Of a stretch of 64,000 nt of DNA, positions 42,096 to 50,172 are shown one piece after another. The stretch's first letter is position 1. Every line of letters starts with the position of its first letter. The translations under genes and the position numbers were made by a program. This stretch comes from Deinococcales bacterium (GTDB taxonomy: Bacteria; Deinococcota; Deinococci; Deinococcales; JAAFIG01), in the NCBI GenBank assembly GCA_031414595.1, contig JANNVX010000088.1, positions 192,001 to 256,000 on the forward strand, given 5' to 3'. The notes under the pieces were generated by a model that ran no database searches, was not told the DNA's origin, and saw nothing but the letters and a program-made list of their open reading frames with translations.

Positions 42096-42752
42096 GTGCC
42101 GTACCGACTGAATTTAACTTTGCTTTCCAAGTTTGAACAACTGCGCTTACTCGAGCCTAAAGAACGGGCTTCTTTGGTGTTGCCTCGATTGCTTCGGCGG
42201 GATGTGCTTTCGCCAGATGATTACCCAGAGGTGCTGGCACTCGAGGTGGCACTTGAGGAACACTGGGATGCTTTGGGAGCGAGTTTGAATCATGCCGTGA
42301 CTGCCAAAGAGAACCGTGATTTGCTGCACAGCCTTGATTTTGTGCAAGTTAATGCTTTTCGGCTTAAAAATATGCCTTATCAGCGCAATTTTTTTGCTTA
42401 TATTAAAGATGCCGATACCTTTGCCGCCGTGTATTTAGCCGATGCCAATGGAATCGCGCCTTATGTGGAAATGTTTACGCTGTTTCGGGAAACTAAAGAT
42501 GAAAAAATTGGCATTCTGACCTCGAGCGCAGCTTTAATCGAACTTGACCCAAGTCCAGAACTGCATTTTGTGCATCTCCCCCAAAAGCATCCCGAAGTCG
42601 TTTTTAATTTGCACCGTTCTAAGGTGATGGAATTTGGCAAAGCCAATAAACCAGCCCGTAAGCCGGAGCATTTTGAACCTGCCTACCTGGAAGTCTGGAA
42701 TGCCAATTACCGCAGTTGGATTGCTCGAGGGGTCTTAAAGGCTGTGCTTTAA
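42096..42752 (+). CDS. Hypothetical protein
   Basis: 218-aa ORF with a TATACT -10 just upstream of the GTG. Confidence 0.7.
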   Translation: MPYRLNLTLLSKFEQLRLLEPKERASLVLPRLLRRDVLSPDDYPEVLALEVALEEHWDALGASLNHAVTAKENRDLLHSLDFVQVNAFRLKNMPYQRNFFAYIKDADTFAAVYLADANGIAPYVEMFTLFRETKDEKIGILTSSAALIELDPSPELHFVHLPQKHPEVVFNLHRSKVMEFGKANKPARKPEHFEPAYLEVWNANYRSWIARGVLKAVL

Positions 42753-42872
42753 GACGCAAAAAATCAAAACACTGTAAAGAGTAAGAGGGTGCGTCTCAAG
42801 ATTGGGGGTTGCTAATAAATTAGCTCTCAGACAACCTCCTAAAAGCAAATCGAATCATCATCTGCTCTTACG

Positions 42873-42997
42873 ACCCTCTCCCAACTCGCTTCTTGACCCC
42901 TACAGCAGCACCTTCGGGCTTGGGTCGCTTAGGCTCGTTACCCTCTCCCGCACGCGGGAGAGGGTCGTTGCGAGTTCACGAGCAACGGGGAGAGGGT
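42873..42997. repeat. REP/MITE-like nested palindromic element
   Basis: Outer inverted repeat ACCCTCTCCC / GGGAGAGGGT; inner hairpin CCCTCTCCCG-cacg-CGGGAGAGGG at 42941-42964. Confidence 0.75.
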
Positions 42998-43106
42998 GCT
43001 TGGAAGTCGTGGGTTTTCATTCTGTACCCCCAATTCTGAGATGCACCCGAGCAAGAGAGTAAGAAGCAAGTATTGGATACAGCCATGCAAATCGGTACAA
43101 TACCTT

Positions 43107-44045
43107 GTGATTAGGCTCAGCAATCAACAAAAACAAATGGCGGCTCGAGTCGCTTTGCTTGGTGGCTTATTGGTCTTTGCCTTAAAACTTCTTGGGGCTT
43201 GGCTGACTGGTTCGGTGGGGGTACTTTCTGATGCCTTAGAAAGCACCGTCAATATCGCGGCGGCGATTGTCACAGCTTGGGCAGTTGGGATTGCTTCGCG
43301 TCCGCCAGACAAAGACCATCCGTATGGGCATGATAAAGCCGAAAGCCTCTCGAGTCTGCTCGAGGCACTGCTGATTGGTGTGGCAGCAGCTTTGGTGATT
43401 ACCGCAGCCCTGAACCGCTTTTCTACGCCTAAAATACTTGAATTCTCGAGCCTTGGTTTTCTGGTCACGGTTTTTGCCAGTCTAATCAACTTTGCCTTGG
43501 GGCGTTACTTGGTTTCTGCCGGTCAGCGCTTGCAATCTCATGCTTTAGAAGCCGATGGGCAACATGTTTTGGCGGACGTGATTACCAGTGTCGGTGTTTT
43601 ACTCGGGGCGCTGCTTGCCACTTGGACACGGATTTCTTGGCTTGACCCTGCCTTGGCACTGGCGGTTGGTGGTTTGCTGCTTTTCACGGCGGCTCGTTTA
43701 GTCCAGCAAAATCTGAATTTACTGATGGATGCAGCCCTTGCGCCAAATGAATTGGCGAAATTAGAGGCGGTGCTTTTAGGGCAGAATCATCTTTACCTCG
43801 AGATTCATGATCTTCGCACCCGTTTATCTGGCTCGAGAAGATTTGTGGATTTTCATATGATTTTACCATCGAGCTTAAGTGTTCTCGAGGCGCATCAGCG
43901 TTGTGACCAACTCGAGAATCAAATTTTAGAGGCATTGCCCAATGCCAGTGTTACAATTCATGTTGAACCCGAGGAATTTTTGCTAGGTGAGTACCCAGAT
44001 ATGCAGATGGCAAAACGGGACAAAAACTCGAGTGCAACGTTGTAA
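43107..44045 (+). CDS. Cation diffusion facilitator (FieF-like) transporter
   Basis: SDALES, PPDKDHPYGHDKAE, ADGQHVLADVITS and IHVEP. Confidence 0.92.
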   Translation: MIRLSNQQKQMAARVALLGGLLVFALKLLGAWLTGSVGVLSDALESTVNIAAAIVTAWAVGIASRPPDKDHPYGHDKAESLSSLLEALLIGVAAALVITAALNRFSTPKILEFSSLGFLVTVFASLINFALGRYLVSAGQRLQSHALEADGQHVLADVITSVGVLLGALLATWTRISWLDPALALAVGGLLLFTAARLVQQNLNLLMDAALAPNELAKLEAVLLGQNHLYLEIHDLRTRLSGSRRFVDFHMILPSSLSVLEAHQRCDQLENQILEALPNASVTIHVEPEEFLLGEYPDMQMAKRDKNSSATL

Positions 44046-44054
44046 ACTTGTTTT

Positions 44055-44450
44055 ATGGAACGGATTTTGTTCTTCGATGGTGTCTGTAATCTTTGCAATG
44101 GCACAGTTCAGTGGGTGATTCGTCAAGATTCGCAACAAGCCATTCAATTTGCGGCACTGCAATCTGAAACCGCCAAATTAAAACTCAGTTCTTCAGGCAT
44201 TGATGTACAAAAACTCGAGAGTCTGGTTTTTCTCGAGGACGGCGTGGTTTATACCCATTCTGATGCCGCACTGCGTCTAGCTCGAGTCTTAGGTTCGCCG
44301 TGGTCGTGGGTCGGCATTTTTATCTATGTGCCGAAGTTTATCCGTGATACTGTCTACAGATTTATTGCTAAGAATCGTTATGCGTGGTTTGGTAAACAAG
44401 AATCGTGCCTGATGCCCACACCAGACCTAAAAAAGCGTTTTTTGACATGA
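44055..44450 (+). CDS. DCC-family thiol-disulfide oxidoreductase (DUF393)
   Basis: FDGVCNLC, FAALQS and NRYAWFG. Confidence 0.9.
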   Translation: MERILFFDGVCNLCNGTVQWVIRQDSQQAIQFAALQSETAKLKLSSSGIDVQKLESLVFLEDGVVYTHSDAALRLARVLGSPWSWVGIFIYVPKFIRDTVYRFIAKNRYAWFGKQESCLMPTPDLKKRFLT

Positions 44451-45172
44451 GCCACCGCCCTTGGGAAGTCCCATCAAGTCCTCACGCGATGTACATGGAA
44501 TGGCATAATTTGCTCTTTGCCCATTGGGCAGTTAAACCAGCCCTACTCGAGCCGCTCATCCCCAAAGGTTTGTCGCTCGAGACCTATGATGGTTTTGCTT
44601 GGCTTGGGCTTGTGCCTTTTCAAATGCGTTACACCGCGCCTCGAAAATTCTTAAGTGTGCCGTTTATTTCGCATTTTGATGAATTGAACTTACGAACTTA
44701 CGTGACCGATGGTCAAAAACGGGGGGTCTGGTTTTTTTCGCTCGATTGTAACAATCTTTTGGCGGTTCGGGCGGCGCGGTTTGGTTTTCATTTGCCCTAC
44801 ATGGATGCCAAAATGCAAGTCTCGAATAGGGGAGATACAGTGGGGTATTCGAGTCTTCGTACCCATAAAAACGAGCCAAGCGCGGTTCTCGAGTGTTCGT
44901 ACCAACCCACAGGTGAAGTTTATTCTAGCCAAGAAGGTTCTTTTGAGCATTGGCTAACCGAGCGCTATTGTTTATACAGTGCCAATAAAGCTGGTCAAGT
45001 TTTCCGTGGAGAAATTGACCATCTGCCGTGGGCGTTGCAACCAGCCGAAGCTGAGTTTTTGAAAAATTCAATGGCAGAGGGGATTGGTGTTTCATTGGTT
45101 TCTAAACCTGAAGTTCTGCATTTTTCTAAAGAGATTCGGGTTAGGGCATGGTTACTCGAGAAATTGAAATAA
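44447..45172 (+). CDS. YqjF/DUF2071 family protein
   Basis: WHNLLFAHW, ELNLRTYV, GVWFFSLD and WLTERYCLY. Confidence 0.9.
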   Translation: MSHRPWEVPSSPHAMYMEWHNLLFAHWAVKPALLEPLIPKGLSLETYDGFAWLGLVPFQMRYTAPRKFLSVPFISHFDELNLRTYVTDGQKRGVWFFSLDCNNLLAVRAARFGFHLPYMDAKMQVSNRGDTVGYSSLRTHKNEPSAVLECSYQPTGEVYSSQEGSFEHWLTERYCLYSANKAGQVFRGEIDHLPWALQPAEAEFLKNSMAEGIGVSLVSKPEVLHFSKEIRVRAWLLEKLK

Positions 45173-45242
45173 AAATTTCACAAAATAGTTATAATCGTGA
45201 TTTATTGCACATATAATACTATAGTGACTTAGCACATTTCTT

Positions 45243-46028
45243 TTAGACATCAACTCGAAAAATGGCGTATACCAAACCTTTTTCTGGAAATGTATCAACT
45301 AGGGCTGGCATTTTCTTACCGCTCTTAAACGGTAAATAACTTTCTTCTTCGATTGGTAAGCCTGTCTCGAGGGCAAGATAAGCTGGATGCTCCGCCGAAA
45401 AGATTGTGCCGTTAGAAAGCGTATATTTCATAGTTTCAGTTTTGGTGGCGAAACTAACCTCTAAACTCCGATTTGGCGTTTCGCCATCGTGTAGAATCTC
45501 GCGTCTTGTGGCATGTTTACCTTTGGCTCGTAAAACCGCCACAATAGCCGCTTCGGTGATTTGTTCTGCCATGACCACACAGGCGGCTGGTTTTGAAATC
45601 CCAAATTGCTGAACGATTTTTGCCAATGCCCGAGCGCTCTGCCCGTAACGTTTTAAGAGTAGCTCGAGTTCACTTGTCGGAACTAAAATTGCACTCGCGC
45701 CAATGTTACACAGCACTTCGATGTTTTCCTCGAGTTCGTCGCCTTGGTAGGCATCATGTAAGTCGGACAAAAATTCGTCATCTGCCAAAATTAAAAAATG
45801 TGTGACTTCGTGCGCCATCGTAAACCGTTGCCGTTCTGGACTGGACTTTTTAGACAAAAAAACGACATTGCGCTCTGGGTCAAAAGCACCATCTTTATCG
45901 CCAAGGTCGCCATACTCGAGACGAACGCCAATTGCATTGGCGAGGTCGAGTGGTTCTCTGGCATTGTAAATTTCCACAAAGTGAGTTGCTAATTCTCGGA
46001 CTTTATGTTTATGTTGAATTTGCAGCAT
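45243..46028 (-). CDS. irrE: Radiation/desiccation response metalloprotease IrrE/PprI
   Basis: DGAFDPE..PERQRFTMAHEVTH (HExxH), LSDLHDAYQGDELE..IEVLCNIGASAIL and LPFKSGKKMPA; a TAAAAT -10 supports a leaderless start at 46028. Confidence 0.88.
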   Translation of the reverse strand: MLQIQHKHKVRELATHFVEIYNAREPLDLANAIGVRLEYGDLGDKDGAFDPERNVVFLSKKSSPERQRFTMAHEVTHFLILADDEFLSDLHDAYQGDELEENIEVLCNIGASAILVPTSELELLLKRYGQSARALAKIVQQFGISKPAACVVMAEQITEAAIVAVLRAKGKHATRREILHDGETPNRSLEVSFATKTETMKYTLSNGTIFSAEHPAYLALETGLPIEEESYLPFKSGKKMPALVDTFPEKGLVYAIFRVDV

Positions 46029-46153
46029 TGACTTCATTTTAGCCTGCTGGGTACAATAAATTCTATAGAAGCGTTTCCAAACTGGTCGTAACTCAAGATT
46101 GAAGTGCAATGCACAATGCACAAAGTTAGAATTAAATCTGCAACAATGTTTTC

Positions 46154-47191
46154 GTGGAAAAACCAACCGCAATAGACGTACTGATTGTAGGGGCTGGACT
46201 GGCTGGCTTAGCGGCTGGGCGCAGTTTAACCCGAGCAGGATTTTCGGTACGCATTCTCGAGAAATCCCGAGGGGTGGCTGGACGGGCTGCTACAAAACGT
46301 CTGGCAAGTGGGGCAATTGCCGACTATGGCGCACCATTTTTTACCGTCCGCAATGAACCATTGCGCTCATTTATTCAAACTTTAGAACCCCAAAACTTCA
46401 TTCATGTTTGGCAATATGGAATGCAGAACTGGGATTGCGGAATCCTCGAGGGTAGCTTGGACGGGTATCCGCGTTATGTGGCAAAAGGTGGCATCACCAC
46501 CCTAGGTAAAGTCTTACGAGACGGGGAAACCTCTGAAGCACCGCTCGAGATTATTCAAAACGCTTTGGTCAGTGCGGTTTGGAATAACCATTTTGGCTAC
46601 CGAGCCGTCCTCGAGAATGGTGATATTCACACCGCCAGAGCCGTACTGGTCAATACTCCAGCGCCACAAGCCCTCGCTTTAACCCGTGCCATTTTAGAAT
46701 CCCCAACTTATCTTGCGCTCGAGCGGGTTAGATTTGCACCTTGCTGGGCTGTGATTTTGGCACTCAAAAACCCACCAATCCTAAATTGGCAAGCCTTACG
46801 CTTACAACACCCAGTTTTATCTTGGGTCAGTTTAGAGCAAACCAAACGCGGTGGCGAAGCTGTGCTAGTCGTTCATGCCAATCCAAAATGGAGTCAGGAC
46901 AATCTCGAGAGTAGCCCAGATTTGATTCAAGTCCCTTTATTAAAAGCCATTAAAGAGGTCTTAGGGCAGAAGCTCGAGGTCACAGAAATAATTGTCCATC
47001 GTTGGCGCTACGCCCAAGCTGTTCAACCACACACCGACACCTTTATTGCCCAAGAAAACTTGATTTTTTGTGGTGATTGGTGTGCGCCGCAAGGAAACCC
47101 CAGAATCGAAACTGCTTTTGAGAGCGGTTGGGCGGCTGCTAAGCAGTTAACCAAGCAACTCGAGCAGCCATTAGAACAGATTTTGGCTTAG
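46154..47191 (+). CDS. Renalase-like FAD-dependent oxidoreductase
   Basis: GAGLAG, EKSRGVAGRAATKR, DYGAPFF, HRWRYA and CGDW. Confidence 0.88.
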   Translation: MEKPTAIDVLIVGAGLAGLAAGRSLTRAGFSVRILEKSRGVAGRAATKRLASGAIADYGAPFFTVRNEPLRSFIQTLEPQNFIHVWQYGMQNWDCGILEGSLDGYPRYVAKGGITTLGKVLRDGETSEAPLEIIQNALVSAVWNNHFGYRAVLENGDIHTARAVLVNTPAPQALALTRAILESPTYLALERVRFAPCWAVILALKNPPILNWQALRLQHPVLSWVSLEQTKRGGEAVLVVHANPKWSQDNLESSPDLIQVPLLKAIKEVLGQKLEVTEIIVHRWRYAQAVQPHTDTFIAQENLIFCGDWCAPQGNPRIETAFESGWAAAKQLTKQLEQPLEQILA

Positions 47192-47200
47192 AATAGAGCC

Positions 47201-47998
47201 GTGAAAAGGTTTCTGGTGCTGATGCTCTTATTTGTCTCGAGCGTGGCATTGAGTGCCGTTCCAGACGATGTTTGGCTGGCGATGGTCTTAAAGGATTCTG
47301 ACACCATCATGTTTGATTTGCAAAAAGTGGCTGACTTAAACCAAGGCAGTTTTGTGGCAGATGCGGCTCGCGCCACACTGCGTTTTGAAAAACGAATCAC
47401 CTATTTATTCCCCAATAGTTTTGATGTGATTGTGGATGGTCAGGATATTCGCTTAAATGCGGCGGTGCTGCTGCAAAATAAGCGTTGGCTTGCGCCGCGT
47501 GTGCTGCTCGAGGCACTGCAACTCAAAGCCCCTACTCCAGAGCCAATAGCAAATCCTGTTCAGAACTTTGAATTACCGTGGGAAGAACTCGAGCTAAAGG
47601 CAGGGGTGCGTGGGCTGCATCTTTTTTACACTTCCGAATTTAACTCAGTAGACGATGCCAGTATATTCCTGATGCCTTTTGAACAAGTTGCCAATCTCGA
47701 GAAGGGTTTACAAACCAATGTCCAAAAAGTGCTGGCGAACCTGAATCTTGAACGTACAGGCAAAATACTGTATTTCTCGGTTGCCCTCGAGCCGGGCAGT
47801 AATCCAGTCAATCAACTCGAGTTTATCCAAGGCGCAACCCGTTACAGTGTCGAGAACGGGGCGGGTTTATACAGTTTTTCGGGGACATTCCCAAAAGCCA
47901 GTCTAGGAGCGGTCAAGCTCCCAACCAGTTTTGATTTGCGTTTGCCTGTCCGGGTCACTTGGGGTGAATCCAGTGCCGATTATGTGTTTATTCGTTAG
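47201..47998 (+). CDS. Hypothetical secreted protein
   Basis: N-terminal signal peptide; TAGAAT -10. Confidence 0.7.
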   Translation: MKRFLVLMLLFVSSVALSAVPDDVWLAMVLKDSDTIMFDLQKVADLNQGSFVADAARATLRFEKRITYLFPNSFDVIVDGQDIRLNAAVLLQNKRWLAPRVLLEALQLKAPTPEPIANPVQNFELPWEELELKAGVRGLHLFYTSEFNSVDDASIFLMPFEQVANLEKGLQTNVQKVLANLNLERTGKILYFSVALEPGSNPVNQLEFIQGATRYSVENGAGLYSFSGTFPKASLGAVKLPTSFDLRLPVRVTWGESSADYVFIR

Positions 47999-48004
47999 GG
48001 GTGG

Positions 48005-48094
48005 ATGATGGGCAAGGCGTGGCAGCATTTTCGCGCCCCAGATGGGAATGTCTATGAGATTATTGGTCTGGATGACCTCGCAAAAGACACCTGA
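48005..48094 (+). pseudogene. C-terminal remnant of a VOC/glyoxalase-family gene
   Basis: Translates to MMGKAWQHFRAPDGNVYEIIGLDDLAKDT*. Confidence 0.55.
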
Positions 48095-48173
48095 AAATGG
48101 TTGTGTTACGCTAACTGTAACGCTGTATCTTTAGATTGCTTTCATACTCGAGGCTCGGGTACTTGGAGGCTTT

Positions 48174-49853
48174 ATGAAAAGACTTGGGATATTCGGGATA
48201 CTTCTTTCGGCAGCGTTGGTGGCGTGTCCACAACCAGCCCCAACCATCGGTGCAACAGGTGGCACAGTCACCTCGAGTAACAGTGTTGCCAGTCTGACTT
48301 TTCCAGCAGGCGCATTAACCGTAGACACAGCCGTAACCATCTCCGAGAATACCAGTCCACCAGCCGTACCAAGCAACCAAAAAATTATCGTTGATAAAAC
48401 CTTTACGGTAGCGGGTGGCACAGGAAACTTTGCCAGTGCTGCCAGCCTTAAAATCAAACTCGAGCCGAGCGAAATTGCTGCCCTTGGTTTTGGTTTGCGA
48501 CCCCAAGCCCTTATTTCTCAGGTTGTGGCACTGCAACTTGGCGGCACAACTTGGACAACCATTACTTACACCTTTGACACAAGCACCAACACCGTGACCA
48601 TCAGTATTTCGGGGTACGGTACATACACTTTGGTTATCCCAAACACGCCACCAGCCGCCACACTCTCGAGTATTGCCCTGAGTTGTAATCCAACCAGCAT
48701 TGCCGTAACCGCTACCAGCACTTGTAACGCGGTTGGTAAGGACTCGAGCGGTACGGCATTAGCTATACAACCGACCTTTAGCTTTGCCTCGAGCGACACG
48801 GCTAAAGCAACAGTCTCGAGTGCTGGGGTTGTGATGGGTGTGGCGGCTGGCTCGAGCAACATTACTGCCAGCAGTGGTGGAATCACTTCTAATGTTGTGG
48901 TGGTTACGGTCACGGCAGCGCCGAGTGGTAGCGGTGTGACGTTTATTTCCACCAACCCGAACGCTCGAGGTAAAGCAATCAGCCCCACTGGGCGTGTCTT
49001 CTTTACAGCCGTAGATACTCAAGTGACAGGAAATTCATCTGGGTTTGTCTACAATGGTACATCGTCCACAGCTTTACCTGCACTGCCAAGCGGTTACATT
49101 GGCGTTTCGACTGATTTGTACGCATATAGTCCGTGCATCAATTCAAATGGCGATGTTGCCTTTACTGCTTTCAAGACAGGGCGAATCAATCACGCTTTGT
49201 TCTATGACAAAACTGCCAATAGTGTTAGCGAAATTCCGTTCGGCGATGAGAATTTTGTTTTTGGCTGCAATGATTCAAAACAAGTTGTGGCGGCCAACTT
49301 TAATTCTGGTCAGAAGACACATTTCAAATGGCAAGCCAATGATGCCAGTGCGACTCAACTTTCACGGCTTTCACCAAGCAGTATTAGCGGATATAGAGCG
49401 TTTGGTATGAACAATTCAGGAACAATTCTTTTCCCAGACGGAATTTTGAAAGGTATAACTTTTAGCCCACTTCCTAAAACTTTTACCTTTGGTGCAGGTC
49501 TGACCAACGCTGGAACGGTTTACGGCGTAGACAATCAGCAATTGGTTAAATGGAACGAGGGCGACGCGGCGGTCACATCACTTGGTACAGTACCAGGATC
49601 AATTCAAGACCAAGACATGAGGCTTCTTGATGTCAACAATAATGGCGATGTCCTGCTCAGGGTCACTGGCATGGCTTCAAGCACCGACTATCAGTATTGG
49701 CTCTACAAAAACGGTGTGTACACCCGAATTACTGTTCCAAACTACACCATTCTCGAGGTCATTGGTATCAGCGATACTGGGTCAGTCCTAGCAAACGTCT
49801 ACAATTCCGAGAATTTTGGGGCTAATTACCGCGTCGCACTGATTCAACCCTAA
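48174..49853 (+). CDS. Surface lipoprotein with ZU5-like, Big_2 Ig-like and propeller-like domains
   Basis: GGAGG RBS; LVAC lipobox; IGATGGTV..LTFPAGAL; SSDTAKATVSSAGVV..GSSNITA; INSNG/MNNSG/VNNNG repeats. Confidence 0.8.
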   Translation: MKRLGIFGILLSAALVACPQPAPTIGATGGTVTSSNSVASLTFPAGALTVDTAVTISENTSPPAVPSNQKIIVDKTFTVAGGTGNFASAASLKIKLEPSEIAALGFGLRPQALISQVVALQLGGTTWTTITYTFDTSTNTVTISISGYGTYTLVIPNTPPAATLSSIALSCNPTSIAVTATSTCNAVGKDSSGTALAIQPTFSFASSDTAKATVSSAGVVMGVAAGSSNITASSGGITSNVVVVTVTAAPSGSGVTFISTNPNARGKAISPTGRVFFTAVDTQVTGNSSGFVYNGTSSTALPALPSGYIGVSTDLYAYSPCINSNGDVAFTAFKTGRINHALFYDKTANSVSEIPFGDENFVFGCNDSKQVVAANFNSGQKTHFKWQANDASATQLSRLSPSSISGYRAFGMNNSGTILFPDGILKGITFSPLPKTFTFGAGLTNAGTVYGVDNQQLVKWNEGDAAVTSLGTVPGSIQDQDMRLLDVNNNGDVLLRVTGMASSTDYQYWLYKNGVYTRITVPNYTILEVIGISDTGSVLANVYNSENFGANYRVALIQP

Positions 49854-49876
49854 AGTCTACCCATTACCTTTTATCG

Positions 49877-49903
49877 GCTCGAGCCAAAGCATTTGGCTCA
49901 AGC
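49877..49903 (+). terminator. Hairpin after the lipoprotein gene, with one C:A mismatch
   Basis: gctcgagccaaa-gca-tttggctcaagc. Confidence 0.55.
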
Positions 49904-49924
49904 TATTCAAAATTGGAGGAATGT

Positions 49925-50092
49925 ATGAATCATTTCGTTAAAAGTACCATCACTTTGGTGTCTTGTGGTGGCAGTGCCAACTCGAGAACCAATTATAAAG
50001 TTGGGGATTTCCCAATGCGAGCCAGCGAAATCTCGAGAATAGGCTTGATGTTCAAAACAAGGTTAGGTCTCGAGTACGCCTTTATAAATTGA
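49925..50092 (+). pseudogene. Small ORF or decayed lipoprotein gene
   Basis: GGAGGA RBS; MNHFVKSTITLVSCGG has a lipobox but a very short h-region; 55 aa. Confidence 0.4.
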
Positions 50093-50172
50093 GTCGAGTG
50101 GTTGCTTAAAATTGGCGCATGGCATGGTGAGTATCGTACAGCAATTTCTTTTTTTGCGGTACAATCTGACGT

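Noticed and set aside
42802-43062. 86-aa ORF across the palindromic element
   Set aside because: It lies within repeat DNA, has no RBS or motif, and is probably spurious.
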